The notes under the pieces were generated by a model. It was not told the DNA's origin and did no database searches. It saw only the letters and a list, made by a program, of their open reading frames with translations. This document shows positions 14,793 through 29,139 of a stretch of 64,000 bases of DNA, piece after piece. The position numbers and the translations under genes were made by a program. The stretch's first letter is position 1, and every line of letters begins with the position of its first letter. The stretch comes from Octopus vulgaris (Eukaryota), in NCBI GenBank assembly GCA_951406725.2, contig OX597835.1:43834001-43898000 (forward strand), written 5' to 3'.

Positions 14793-15587
14793 CCTATATA
14801 TATGTGTGCGTGTGTATGTTTCGTTGATGTATATCGACATAGGAATGGCAAAGGAATTACAGACACACGCCTGTCACCGCCATCGAAACCAGAAATACTA
14901 TGACGAAGCGGTTGTGACGTTATAAAAAAAAAAAAAAAACTAACATCTCCCATCCAAGGCTCTTGCAGTCACGACGCTACAGTTTACTAGTTCCTCTATA
15001 AGATAATTTGTACATTAGACAAACTGAATATCCATTTTTTCTTATGCAAAAGAGATAACAATTTGTACAATTGATATTCGTCTTTCTCAACTATTGCTAA
15101 TTATTTCATTCCTGTTATTTTATTTTTTTATTGTCTAACATCAATATGGTTTTGATGGAGAAAACTTGAAAGACAACTCAGCCATGCCCACACCACCTTT
15201 TGATATTTTATGCTGATATGCGGCATTAGTATTTTAGTTTTTGTTATTGTTTTAGCTGTTAATTAACTTCCGGTCAACCGTAGCCAAACGGACCAATGGT
15301 CAAAGTCGCACTAGCGTTGACTGTCCTATCTTTGGCTGTGATACAGTCGATATATAATGCTCTGGTACACAACTTCTTGGTTTCAAGGGTAGCTGTGCGT
15401 GACTGTGGTTCTGAACAGGTTAATCACCTTTCTAATCTCTGTTGATCACTTGTTTTGACCAACAGGACGAAAGTTTCTTAACCAATGAGAAACAAGCGCT
15501 GAAACGCCGATGGAAGAAGTTTGTGGACCACGACAGGGGCTATATTGAAGAATAAACCTCATCTGGTTACATTTCATGAGAATATCT

Positions 15588-16073
15588 TGGTTGTGTGGTA
15601 AGTAGCTTGCTTGCCAACCACATGGCTCTGGGTTCAGTCCCACTGCGTGGCAGCTTGGGCAAGGGCCATCTACTATGGCCTTGGGTCGACCAAAGCCTTG
15701 TGAGTGAATTTAGTAGATGGAAACTGAAAGAAGCCCGTCGTATATATGTGTCGTATGTATGTGTGTGCCAGTTCAGTTGTTTGGCCTCATGTTAGCCTTG
15801 GTGGAGCAGACCTTTGATCGAAGACAATCAGCCGTGACTATTCCTTCTTTTGATGCAGTACAGTTTATATACTGTCTTATCCTTTATATTTTCTTTGTGT
15901 CAGTCATTAATCTGCGGCCATGCTGGAGCACTGCCTTGAAGAATTTCTAGTTGAATGAGTCGACCCTAGTGTTTACTTTTTTTAAAAAGCATGATACTTA
16001 TTCTGTCAGATACTTTTGCCGAACCACTAAGTTAAGGGAACGTAGAATACCAACGCCGGTTGTCAAACGGTAG

Positions 16074-16160
<87 letters not shown>

Positions 16161-16330
16161 CGATGGTCTTCTTTCAGTTTCCGTCCACAAAATCCACTGA
16201 CAAGGCTTTTGTCAACCTGAGGCTATAGTAGAATACGCTCGCCAAAGGTATCACACAATAGGACTGAACCCTGAACCATGAGGTTGGAAGCAAGCTTCTT
16301 ACCTGAGAGCCACGCCTGAGCCTCGACGCA
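15588..16330. mobile_element. Two SINE B copies: head on + at 15588-15760, near full copy on - at 15890-16330 with internal (CA)n
   Basis: Match to family B copies elsewhere in the window. Confidence 0.8.
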
Positions 16331-16339
16331 GCCACGCCC

Positions 16340-16660
16340 GTATTTTTGCGGTTATCTTCCAGTTCAAACTGACTCGAGATCGACTTTGCTTTTTATACTT
16401 CCGGTGTCGATGAAGTAAATACTGAAAACTGGGGTCGATATAAGTGACTTGCCCTTCCCTTTAAAACTGCTAGCCTTCTGTCACAATTAGAAACTTTTAA
16501 TTCGGGATCTTTTCATTCTGAGCTCGAATTCTACCGAAGTCGACTTTGCCTTTCATCCTTTCGGTATCGATAAAATAAGTACCAGTTGATATCCGGGGGT
16601 CGATGCAATCTTTTAGCCTCACCCCCTAAACTTATTAACCTAATGTCAAAATTAGAAATA
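16340..16660 (+). mobile_element. Two diverged SINE A units in tandem
   Basis: CGACTTTGC..TTT, GTCGAT..AAGTACCAG and GGGGTCGAT motifs each occur twice. Confidence 0.7.
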
Positions 16661-16664
16661 TTTC

Positions 16665-17170
16665 CCTTGTTGTTATTTAACTCCAGTTAAATCCAGTCCG
16701 AACAGATGTAAGATCAAAGGCAATCCAGTCATAACGATGGCAATTTTTTAATGCGCCAGAATCCAGGATGCGTTATTTTTTATTTTTACTGTCATTTAGC
16801 CCCAGGTAAACGGTGGTTAAACATGTCTAAGATCAAAAACAAACCAGATACGACAATATCATCTGATATAAAGTTTGTATACTCTCTTTGTTTTGAGAAT
16901 ATGTTGGTCAGCTTCAAGTAATCCATGGACTAATTAATCTATGATCAAAAACAATCTGGACATGCCCATACCAATTTTGATATGGTGCAGTTGACAAACT
17001 GTCTTAAAACTGAGTTACTGGTGTTGTTTAACCGCAGATTATTCGTGGTCGGGCAAATAATCAAGTGGTTTCCGACAATGATTGCACAATCTTTCTTTAT
17101 CTCATAGTGTATGGTTTGAAAGAGCTTTGGCTGCTATTTCGTGCAGGGTGAGCGATCGCTTAAAGCCTCC
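16665..17170 (-). repeat. Old repeat family F; about four decayed ~120-bp tandem units plus one end block
   Basis: Recurrent TGTTGTTTA-CCC-AGGT...T-AGATCAAA..CAATCCAG. The block TTTGGCTGCTATTTC occurs reverse-complemented near 39580 and 46825. Confidence 0.55.
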
Positions 17171-17312
17171 ATGTATTTTTATACACATGTTCCAAATATC
17201 CATGTGTGAGGCTGGTTGTCGAAGACTTTACGAAACGTCAATCCATAAAACGGTCAAATTTTTTTCTTTGTTTTCTCAGGTCTTCGATAACAGCTCACTT
17301 TACGAATATATG

Positions 17313-17382
<70 letters not shown>

Positions 17383-17467
17383 ACGTGCGTGTATGTATGC
17401 ATATATACATGCGCATACACACATCCGCCATATCTGATATACATATACATATGCTTAATATATACAT

Positions 17468-17562
<95 letters not shown>

Positions 17563-17908
17563 CATACACACACACACATATATATATATATATATGAATA
17601 TAATGCATATCATATAATATTAAATATCCAAAGTATATAATGTGTGTGTGTATGTGTGTGTGCATACACATTCTTTCATCCCTTTTTTGACACCCTTTTA
17701 GGTCCATCGGCAAAATGCTTTTATTTCTCAGATAAGCAGCCTAGCCCTGTTTGCAGGAAAATATAGAAGCACGGATGTCAGCCCTATGCGGCGCATTGTC
17801 AAGGACTTTTACGATAATGACATATAGTGACATGAAAGCTTGTATTGGAATCGACAAGTTTGTCAAAGTTACTCCAAAATGGGAGAGTGGGGGAAATGTA
17901 AAGAAACG

Positions 17909-17941
<33 letters not shown>

Positions 17942-18734
17942 AAAATAATAATAATAATAATAACAATAATAATAATAATAAATAATAATAATAATAATAA
18001 AAATAATAAAAATAATAAAAATAATAATAATAATAATAAAAAATAATAATAATAATAATAGTAATAATAATAATAGTAATAACAATGTTAATTGATATAC
18101 TAGGAATGATAAAAAATTATGAAAACGCATATATATCATAAGGTTCATTACTTTACTACACAAAATAGCAAAAAATAAATGCTATTAGTCAGCTATACGT
18201 TTCATACCAGCTACTATCATCATTTCAGTAACGTAAATAACATAATATATTCTTCACACAATCAATATAATCTGCATATATTCTACATTACTGCTATCAA
18301 ATACTATAACTCATAAATTAATATATGCATTTGAAATAGCTTTAGATTAAAATACTGGTCTCTTTGGAACAAGAATATTTCATGTAGCGCCATTCAATGT
18401 TTGTATATATATATATATATATATCATAAATTTTATACACACTGGTATACTACAATACATACTACACAACATAGATTCTTCGTAATTGCTACTGGCCATC
18501 TGCCACCTATCGGCTCTCGATAGATAGATAGTTAGATAGACAGATAGAGAGGCAGACAGGCAAACAGACAGCCAGATAGGTAGGTAGATAGATAGATAGA
18601 TAGACAGGCAGATAGGCAGACAGTCAGATAGATAGCTAGATAGTTAGATAGATAGATAGACAGACAGACAGACACGCAGTCAGTCAGATAGACAGATAGA
18701 TAAATATACAATTATTCAATTTCCCTTCTTCCTT

Positions 18735-19656
18735 GGACCTTTCCAAGAAGTCCTCCCTCTCATCGGAACTTTCCAGGAAGTACTCATCCACCTAGGAACT
18801 TTCCAGTAAATCATCCCTCTCCTCCCCGTCATTGGAACTTTACAGGAAATACTCCCCCTCATCGGAGGTATCCAGGAAGTCCACCCCTCTTCCCATTCCT
18901 TGGAATTTCCAGGAAGTCACACCCTCCTCCTCTCCACCCTACATTGGTACCTTCCAGGAGGTCATCCCCTCCTCGGAACTATTCAGGAAGCCATTCCCCT
19001 CCATCCCTTCCGTCCGTGCCTGGAACTTTCCAGTAAGTGCTTTCCTCTGCGGGACTTTGCAGGAAGTCCTCCGCCTCATCGGAACTTTCCAGGACGTTTT
19101 CCCCCTCCCATTTCTTGAAGCTTTCTAAGAAGTCCTCCCACTCCTCGGAACTTTCCAGGAAGTACTCATCCACCTAGGAACTTTCCAGGAAGTCATCCCT
19201 CTCATCCCCTTCCTCCATTTCCTTGGAATTTTCCAGGTTGTCCTCCACTTCCTACCTTTCCTTGTAAATCTCCAGAAAGAACGCCCCCTCTTTGGAATTT
19301 CCTGGAAGTCCTTCCTCGCTTCCCATTCCTTGGTACGTTCGAGGACGACATCCTTCTCTCCTACCTCCCTTTCCTTGGAACTGTCCAGGAAGCTATCCCT
19401 CTCCGAGAAACTTTCCCTGAAGTCACCCCACCTCCACTTCCTCCACTTCCTTTGAACATTCTAGGAAGTTGCCACCCTCCTCCCCTTCATCTCCCCCTAG
19501 ACACTTTCCAGGAAGTCATCGCCATTTCGCCTTCCTTAGAACTTTACAGGTAATCTCCCTGCTCTTCGGAACATTCCAGGAAGTCCTCCTCCTCACCCTT
19601 GGAACTTTCCAGGAAATACTCCCACGTTTCCCATTCTTAGGACTTTCTAGGACGTC
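18735..19656. repeat. Minisatellite array of ~26 units: conserved GGAACTTTCCAGGAAGT core plus variable C/T-rich linkers (period 29-47 bp)
   Basis: Cores counted by eye at 18735, 18765, 18795, 18834, 18864, 18902 ... 19568, 19601, 19639. Confidence 0.9.
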
Positions 19657-19717
19657 ACCCCTCGACCTCTTCCTTATTATTATTATCATTATTATTATTA
19701 TTGACATTTAATATATA

Positions 19718-19922
19718 TTTCTTTACTGCCCACAAGGGGCTAAACATAGAGGGGACAAACAAGGGACTAAGTCGATTACATCGACTCCAGTGCGAAACTG
19801 GTACTTTATTTATCGACCCCGAAAGGATGAAAGGCAAAGTCGACCTCGGCGGAATTTGAGCTCAGAACGTAAAGGCAGCCGAAATACCGCTAAGCATTTC
19901 GCCCGGCGCGCTAACGTTTCTG
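19718..19922 (-). mobile_element. SINE A copy with the alternative (long) tail
   Basis: TTTCTTTACT-CCCACAAGGGGCTAAACA tail plus the family A core. Confidence 0.88.
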
Positions 19923-19943
19923 ATCATATAGTGATCATCATAT

Positions 19944-20013
<70 letters not shown>

Positions 20014-20303
20014 CCTTCCAGTATTATTATTATTATTATTATTGATGTGAATTTAGAAAGTAATGTAATTTGCATAGGATTGTATATTTACAGACAAATG
20101 ACGGTGATGATGATGATGATTTAAATGGCGACGACAGACATAGACACAGCAACAATAATAATAGTGGCAACAACAGCAGCAGCAGCAACAGCAGCAGTAG
20201 CAGCAACATTAACAATATTTACAACAAAAACAGCAACAACAACCACAAAAACAACAACAATAATGAAAAATAGTTATTATAATAGCGACAGGTAATAATA
20301 ATG

Positions 20304-20349
<46 letters not shown>

Positions 20350-20404
20350 CAACAACTACAATATCAATAACAACAACAACAATAATGATAACAATGACAA
20401 TAAC

Positions 20405-20436
<32 letters not shown>

Positions 20437-20449
20437 TAATAATAATAGC

Positions 20450-20496
<47 letters not shown>

Positions 20497-20616
20497 TGAT
20501 AATAATAATAATAAAAATTCAGCGATCTAAAATGTCATTGTTCTCTATTGGAAGTGAAAGAATAGTTCAGAAATGTTGATTTTCAATGATGCAAGTCTCT
20601 AGTTTTTCTTCTTGGG

Positions 20617-20708
<92 letters not shown>

Positions 20709-21182
20709 CATTATTATTATTATTATTATTGGTTGATACTAAGAAATGTTGAAAGTGAAAGTAAAATACAAAGCGAAAGAGAATATGCAAAAGAAAAAAA
20801 AAATCAAACAAAACAGCACTCCTAAGACAAGGAAATAAAAAAGCAACAGAAAAAAAGAAGAAAAAAGACAGGAAAAAGAAGAAAAAAACAGAAAAAAGAA
20901 GAAAAAAGACAGGAAAAAGAAAAAAAACAGAAAAAAGAAGAAAAGAGAAAAGCAGAAAAAAAAAAGCAAAAGGAACAATAAATTAATAAATAAAATAAAA
21001 AGCGTAATAAAAATGATATTGAAGTAGAGAGGTGTGATATCTTTAATCTCATATAATATTATTGGCTGGCTAATGAAGATTTTTATCCAACATACTATCA
21101 CATTTCCCAATAGCTTGCTGGAAATGCAATATAAATCACAGATTAAAAACAATTATGTAATAAAGAAATTAAGATACCGACG

Positions 21183-21234
<52 letters not shown>

Positions 21235-21603
21235 GCAGATGTGTCTTCACTCTCGCTCCGGGGATTTGGGATTTTTTTTACCCTGGCCAGGAAAAAGAAA
21301 AAAAATATTACTTTTTAAAAATAATTTTCAAAACGGAACTTCTCTCAGACTCGTGGGACATCTGCCATATACTAAAGAGAATTAAAACACATTTCTGGAT
21401 ACAAATGTATTTATCTGTTTTAATCTACCCACATCTTGTTATGGCTTTATGTCAAGCAACTGTTGATATCAAAACATGAAAATAAGCCTATCTTCAAAGA
21501 GAATTAAAAAAGAAAATCCAGTCAAGCATATGGCGAAAAATAATACTTTGACATTAAAAAAAATGCCGTCAATGTTATCAATTTGTATGTTACAGTTTAC
21601 GTT

Positions 21604-21647
<44 letters not shown>

Positions 21648-21980
21648 CGACGACGACGACGACGACGACGACAACAACAACGTACGCCAAAACAAGTCAT
21701 TTTTAAAGAGCTAAAATTTTAATCTTGAACTACACAAACAGGACGGCATTATTTCCTTGACTAGGATTGCTAGAAACAGTAAGACGTGGCACTAGATAGA
21801 GTTAGCCGAGAAAAACTCTACATGGCAGATATACGTAGCCAAAGAAAATACTTCCTTGCATGCTGATAAATTAAACATAAGAGCCTAGGCTTGATATACA
21901 AGGTATGTATAGATGTATACATGCAAACAAAGAGGAAACAAAGACTGATGACTTTCACACAATGAGTATTTAGATATTTA

Positions 21981-22138
21981 GGCGCAGGCTGTGTGGTAAG
22001 AAGCTTGCTTAACAACCACATGGTCCCGGGTTCATTCCTACTGCGTGGTACCTTGGGCAAGTGTCTTCTACTGTGGCCTCGGGCTGACCAAACCATGTGA
22101 GTAGATTTGGTCTGCGGAAACTGAAAGAAGCCCGCCGC

Positions 22139-22196
<58 letters not shown>

Positions 22197-22265
22197 TGTA
22201 TAAATGTGTGTGCGTGTCTGTCTCCCCCACCATCGTTTGACAGCCGATGTTTGTGTTGATGATGC
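21981..22265 (+). mobile_element. SINE B partial copy with internal (TA)n
   Basis: GGCGCAGGCTGTGTGGTAAGAAGCTTGCTT...CCTTGGGCAAGTGTCTT. Confidence 0.85.
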
Positions 22266-22378
22266 CTGAAGTGGTGAATGTGCTCCGCGGTACACGACCT
22301 GGGACTTACCCTGAAACGAGGTTTGGATACTGTGTTTAACACATTTTCTTATCCTTAATTCTTACACCTTAAATTTGA

Positions 22379-22458
<80 letters not shown>

Positions 22459-22512
22459 ATACGTATATATAAGGAGAGAGTGCGATAGATAGAGAGATAG
22501 ACAGAAAAATAG

Positions 22513-22543
<31 letters not shown>

Positions 22544-22605
22544 AAGAGAGAGAGAGAGGGGGAGTGAAAGAGGGAGGGAGGAAGATAGATAGATATATAT
22601 AGAGA

Positions 22606-22654
<49 letters not shown>

Positions 22655-23325
22655 AATGTTTGAATGAAGTTCTTGAAAATGAGCGCGTTACATCTCCCGA
22701 AATGTCAGACCAACGATGGCGCCTGTACTGAAATTTAGAGTTAAACCAGCATTTCCACATTGAATGCAGGGAGCATCAAGAAGCCAATTAGAAGTAATTG
22801 TACAGTAAGAACAAAATAAGTCTATGATTAGTCTTATATTCATTGCGTCTGCTACCGAAAACAACAGCTTTCGAACAAGTTTCGATATTATTAAAAACCT
22901 CATCAGTAATACATTGTCTGCAGCTTTGTGTAGCAAAGTGTTGATGAGAGAATCTCTAAAGTTATGTACATTATCGCAGACTGGTTGGCGCAAAAAGACA
23001 GAATTGTTTTGATTCGGGGAATTAGTTTTACTTAGGAACCGAATCTGCATGGCAAAAAATATTTTAGTTAGGTCTTAACGGATTCCAAATAGAATTAATG
23101 AAGGCAATTAGAAATAATTATGAGGCGAAGAAATAATTAGACATTTTAGTCATTAACTAATATTCTTTAAATTATTTTAGCGAGTCAAATTTTACACCAC
23201 TCTTCAGGTGTGAAGAACTGTATAAGTAATTTTATCTTCTGACATAAAATATTAGTAAAGCAGAGCCGTAACCAATTCTGAACTAAGAAAATCCATTGTT
23301 TTCATTCGATTCTATTATTCGGTGA

Positions 23326-23438
<113 letters not shown>

Positions 23439-23439
23439 C

Positions 23440-23615
23440 AGTCTGAAGTCGACTCTCGGTTGCTCGTTGGATCAGTGTCCTCCAGTCAGTTCTATCCTGG
23501 GCCGCTTCTTTCAGATTGGCTATGTCCATTCCGGTATCACTCTTGATGGTATCAAACCAGCGGGTTCTTGGTCGGCCTCTTCCTCTCTTGCCACTGACCA
23601 TTCCGAGCATGATGC
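23440..23615 (-). mobile_element. RTE-clade LINE 3' end abutting a (GATA)n tract
   Basis: MLGMVSGKRGRGRPRTRWFDTIKSDTGMDIANLKEAAQDRTDWRTLIQRATESR fits the RTE/BovB C-terminal pattern G.R.RGRP..RW.D...DR..WR. Confidence 0.85.
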
Positions 23616-23785
23616 CCTTCTCTGCGTGTGTTTGTGCGTGGCTGTGGGTATATATATATATATATATATATATGAATGAAACAGTTCTAGTCCTGTAGAA
23701 GCTCCTTCTATAAAATAAATTACTTTACTCTGCTATGTATTGAGTACCTTATTTATTGTGGTTAACCCCGACTCAACCCGGGACC

Positions 23786-23854
<69 letters not shown>

Positions 23855-24319
23855 ATACTTCCCTACTGGAGCCGATTGCAGCACCTTTCCGGTTGAATCG
23901 GTGCGCTATTTCCTGCACATGATTGCTTGGTCCGGAACTCAAGTAAAGAAAACTACAAAGGATATAAATACGACAGCTGAAACAAGTCCAGAGTAGCTGT
24001 AGTTGCTAAGGGGCAGAAAGTGGAACCCTTCCTCAGGCTAAAATCAATTTGGTCCTCTCTTGCCCACGCGTGCAAAGCGTACACATCAAGGGGTAAAACG
24101 TTTGTGACTCTCAGATAAGTACTGATGATAAAGAAGTGTTTCCACCATTGCGATGAGGTTAGAAGAGCATTGAAAACCTCTGAGTAGCTCCGGCAATTGT
24201 TTCGTGAGGGCAATGTACATCTGATGTTTATTTCGTAGGTAAATTCTAAGTGTGGTTACCACTTGAAAAAAAAAAGTAAAAAAGAAAAAAGAGAAAACCC
24301 AATATATTTGTCGACCATG

Positions 24320-24512
24320 TATTCTTTTATTTGTTTCTGTCATTTGACTGCGGCCATGCTGGATCACCACCTTTAGTCGAACAAATCGAACCCAGGACTT
24401 ATTCTTTGTAAGCCTAATACTTATTCTATCAGTCTCTTTTGCCGAACCGCTAAGTTACGAGGACGTAGATATACCGACATCGGTTGTGAAGCGTTGGTGA
24501 GGGACAAACATA

Positions 24513-24554
<42 letters not shown>

Positions 24555-24798
24555 TATACACACACACACACAAACACACAAATATACACTCACACAGACA
24601 CACAGACACACACACAGACACACACACACACACACACATGTATGATGAGCTTCTTTCATTTTCCGTCAACCAAATCCGCTCGCAAGGTTCTGGTCGGCTC
24701 GAGGCTATAGTAGAAGGTACTTGTCCACGCAGTAGGACTGAACCCGCGACCATGTGGTTGGTAAGCTAGCTACTCACCACACAGCCACTCCTGCACCT
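24320..24798 (-). mobile_element. SINE B full copy with internal (CA)n
   Basis: Tail TTGTTTC-GTCATTTGACTGCGGCCATGCTGG through head ACCACACAGCCACTCCTGC. Confidence 0.9.
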
Positions 24799-25017
24799 TT
24801 ATATGTTTAAAATGAATGACAATATAGCTCCTTATTGCGACTGATGTGTTTCATTCTAGTAGAAAAGCATCGGAGTATTGATGATGATGATGATAATCAT
24901 GGAGATGGTGATGATGACGATGACAATGACGATGATGACGATGATGATGATGACGATAATGACGAGGATGCTGATGGCAATCCGATGGTTCTCTAATAAG
25001 AAGGATCTTGTCAATAA

Positions 25018-25512
<495 letters not shown>

Positions 25513-25574
25513 TTGACTAAATTTGAGCAATACTAAAAAGAATAGAAACCGAATGTCTGTTATATATATATATC

Positions 25575-25868
25575 ACCGTGATCACCGTGACCGACCAGGC
25601 TATCAGATGTTGTTACACATCGCTGGTCACAATGCGTTCGCATTGTTTTAGCCTTCGAATAACGCCACCCCGATGGCTAAGCGAGCAGGCCAACAGAAGA
25701 AAGAGTGGGAGAAAGAGTACAGCAGGGATCACTACCATCCCCTGCCGGAGCCTCGTGGAGCTTTTAGGTGTTTTCGCTCAATAAACACACAAAACGCCCG
25801 GTCTGGGAATCGAAACCGCGATCCTGCGACCGCGAGTCCGCTGCCCTAACCACTGGGCCATTGCTCCT

Positions 25869-25872
<4 letters not shown>
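25575..25872 (-). mobile_element. SINE C with alternative tail 2
   Basis: Head and body match 41300 onward; the sequence diverges after the CT-rich linker. Confidence 0.82.
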
Positions 25873-25932
<60 letters not shown>

Positions 25933-25951
25933 GTATATATATGTATATATA

Positions 25952-26009
<58 letters not shown>

Positions 26010-26015
26010 AGTTTC

Positions 26016-26067
26016 TGAGCTGATGATAGAAGTGTTGTTTTGACTAATCTTGAAACGTACGTTCTCA
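26016..26067 (+). ncRNA. Minimal type-I hammerhead ribozyme motif in a (TA)n-flanked element (26008-26355)
   Basis: TGAG-CTGATGA-(TAGAAGT...ACTAATCTT)-GAAA-CGTACG-TT-CTCA. Canonical core, 4-bp stem I, palindromic ACGTACGT stem III, imperfect stem II. Confidence 0.72.
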
Positions 26068-26351
26068 AATAACCTTAGCATTTGATTTTTTAATGTCTCT
26101 ACCCCCAAACTTTTGTGAGTTGAATTAAGCAAACACTATATATGAGAGAGATTTTCTTTAAGTATTAGAAATAGCTTTAAAAAAGTTTTTTAGCTGGTAT
26201 TTCTAATGAGTTCAGTATGCAAAAAAGTAATTTATTTTACTAAGCCCTTTTATATAATGTAATAATTTGAATTCGCCTTAAATGGTCCCTTTGCATACTG
26301 AACACTTGGTGAAATTGATTAATAATTAATTAATTTTACCCTCAATTGTTG

Positions 26352-26391
<40 letters not shown>

Positions 26392-26397
26392 ATATAA

Positions 26398-26450
<53 letters not shown>

Positions 26451-26455
26451 TATAC

Positions 26456-26538
<83 letters not shown>

Positions 26539-27242
26539 AAGTATCCGGAAACCATGTTGCTTCTGCCAGTTGATTGCATTCCAGTGTTCAGTTGCGCCTT
26601 CATCCGTGTAAACCCATTTAACGATTTCATAATCCGTGAGGGGCTATTTATATACACCTGTGCAACCCAAATAATCTATACTGCATGGAAAAAGCAGGAA
26701 ATATCGAATATATGCTTAGAAAAGATTTACGATGCCAAGAGAATTGCCGAATTACCAGAGGGCTACAACGAGTTCACCTCAATAAAGAACTTACCAGAAG
26801 GGAGAATATGGTTCAGAAGAGTATGATTCAAAGTGTTATTGAGAAATATTCTACCGTGCAAAACGAATTAGGGAAACGGTTCGCTAAAAATGAACATGGT
26901 CTTTATTGATTTGTCCTACTTGGAGTTATTTAGCAATAAATTTCGGTTCGTAAATCGTTTGTGAACATGTATCTAATATTTCCGGTTTATTCTCTATACA
27001 GTAACAACCTCAAACGGTTTATTAAATCTGCTCTTGATGAAGTTGATTAGCCACAGAGTACGCCCAGAGGATAATATTCTATTTAGACAAATTAGGATGC
27101 ACATTGTCGAATACACGAGTGTCTATTTCTTATACATGCATCACACACTCTGACTGTCTGTCTATGTATGTATGTATGTATGTATGTATGTATGTATGTA
27201 TGTATGTATGTATGTATGTATGTATGTATGTATGTATGTATG

Positions 27243-27318
<76 letters not shown>

Positions 27319-27319
27319 A

Positions 27320-27382
<63 letters not shown>

Positions 27383-27582
27383 ATGTTTTACTTGTTTCAG
27401 TCATTAGCCTGCAGCCATGCTGGGGCACCGCCTTGAAGGATTTCTTTTAGTCGAAGGAATTGACCACATTACATTTTTGAAAGCCTCGTACGTATTCTAT
27501 CGATTCTTTGGCCGAACCGCTAAGTTGCGGGGACATAAACGCACCAACATCAGTTGCTAAGCAGTGTTGGTGGACAAACATA

Positions 27583-27645
<63 letters not shown>

Positions 27646-27760
27646 GCTTATTTCAGTTTCCGCCCACCAAATTCACTCACAAGACATTTGTGGACCCGCA
27701 GTGGGATTGAACCCAGAACCGTGTGGCTGGTAAGCAAGTTACTTATCAAAGAGCCACTCG
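27383..27760 (-). mobile_element. SINE B copy
   Basis: Match to family B with internal (CA)n. Confidence 0.85.
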
Positions 27761-28618
27761 TCGGTGTCCACATCAATTGACCGAACTGTTAATACGTATA
27801 CTCAGCCAGATCAGCAGCCTCTGAGAGCTGGTGTGACACATTTGAATAACATATGTGTTTAACGCTTTATTTATTATCAGCGACTGTCAGTGGAGACCTC
27901 AGTTCAAGCAGAATATTTGCCAACCTATATAAGTAAGCTTATAAACACGACAAATTTAAACTATTTCTCGGTAAATTGAACGAAATGATAAACTGCCTTT
28001 ATCGATTTTCGAATGTTACTCATCAGGAGGCCTCCACGTCATCTGTGTAATCCCAGAGAAATAAGCAAACCGCGTGGACGATTATTCTCGTCTGCTTTTC
28101 CCAGTTTTTTTCCTTGTCTTTCCTGCTGTCTTTCTATTCTATACTCTCTACCAAAGAACTGCAACGCTCTAGGAAGCGTCATAACAATTAACTCTTCCTG
28201 AGAACTGAGTATTAAGGACGAAATATGGTCGCACAGACATACACAGAAACATATGGAAACAAAATGAAAACCAAGACAAAGAAAAAAAATGGAGAAACGC
28301 ACACATCAATTCATTTAGCCAGAGCCAACTAATAAAAACGAATGGAATTATACATATTCGTGCACGGCAGAGAGACTGACAGACAGACAGATACGCCGAT
28401 ACGTTTTTATAGAGAAGTGCAGGCACACAGAATATGGCAATAAAGACACGGCTACACGCAGCTATCATATACATGCACGCACGCACGTACGCACGCACAC
28501 ACACACACACACACAGAAGATTGCACAATGTGTAAATGTGTATGTGTGTGTGTGTTTATATACATACACTCACACATACATATATATATATATACAAATA
28601 TATATGTATATATATGTA

Positions 28619-28676
<58 letters not shown>

Positions 28677-28841
28677 TGTATATATATATATATATAATGT
28701 ATAAATGGTTGCCTATACACAGAGAGATGAAGTAAAATTATATTGTGTAGGTACATATCCATTTATTACACACACACATGTATACATACATTCATGCATA
28801 TATATAATTATATATACGCATGCATGCATATAGCTATATGC

Positions 28842-28889
<48 letters not shown>

Positions 28890-28906
28890 CACACATACTC
28901 GCACAA

Positions 28907-28986
<80 letters not shown>

Positions 28987-29139
28987 CTGAAAGTAATGAA
29001 GACGCGCTCCAGCTTGAGTCGTGGTCGTATCGCTGTGAACATTCTCCATTAGTCTGCAACTATTGACGGCAATTGCTTCTCACTGTTAACTTTTTCACTG
29101 TTTTACTTTGATGTCGGAATAAATCAGTAATTGGAACAC

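Noticed and set aside
18735-19656. CRISPR array interpretation of the repeat-spacer pattern
   Set aside because: Eukaryotic context, no cas genes, degenerate repeats, and short low-complexity linkers that are related to one another.
22262-22380. CTGAAGT...GACTTACCCT-GAAACGAGGTT before a TA tract as another ribozyme relic
   Set aside because: The core and stem I are both defective; cannot be supported without a family consensus.
22865-22912. Minus-strand CTGATGA...GAAACTTGTT hammerhead candidate
   Set aside because: No stem I pairing.
22688-23050. 120-aa ORF in unique sequence, and similar ORFs at 26554-26909 and 34667-34830
   Set aside because: No recognisable domain or convincing splice signals; small host exons cannot be excluded without RNA-seq.
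27995-28031. Minus-strand CTGATGA-GTAACATTC-GAAA-ATCGATA-AAGGC hammerhead candidate
   Set aside because: Stem II is weak, the palindrome is out of register, and there are no TA flanks or second copy; compatible with chance.
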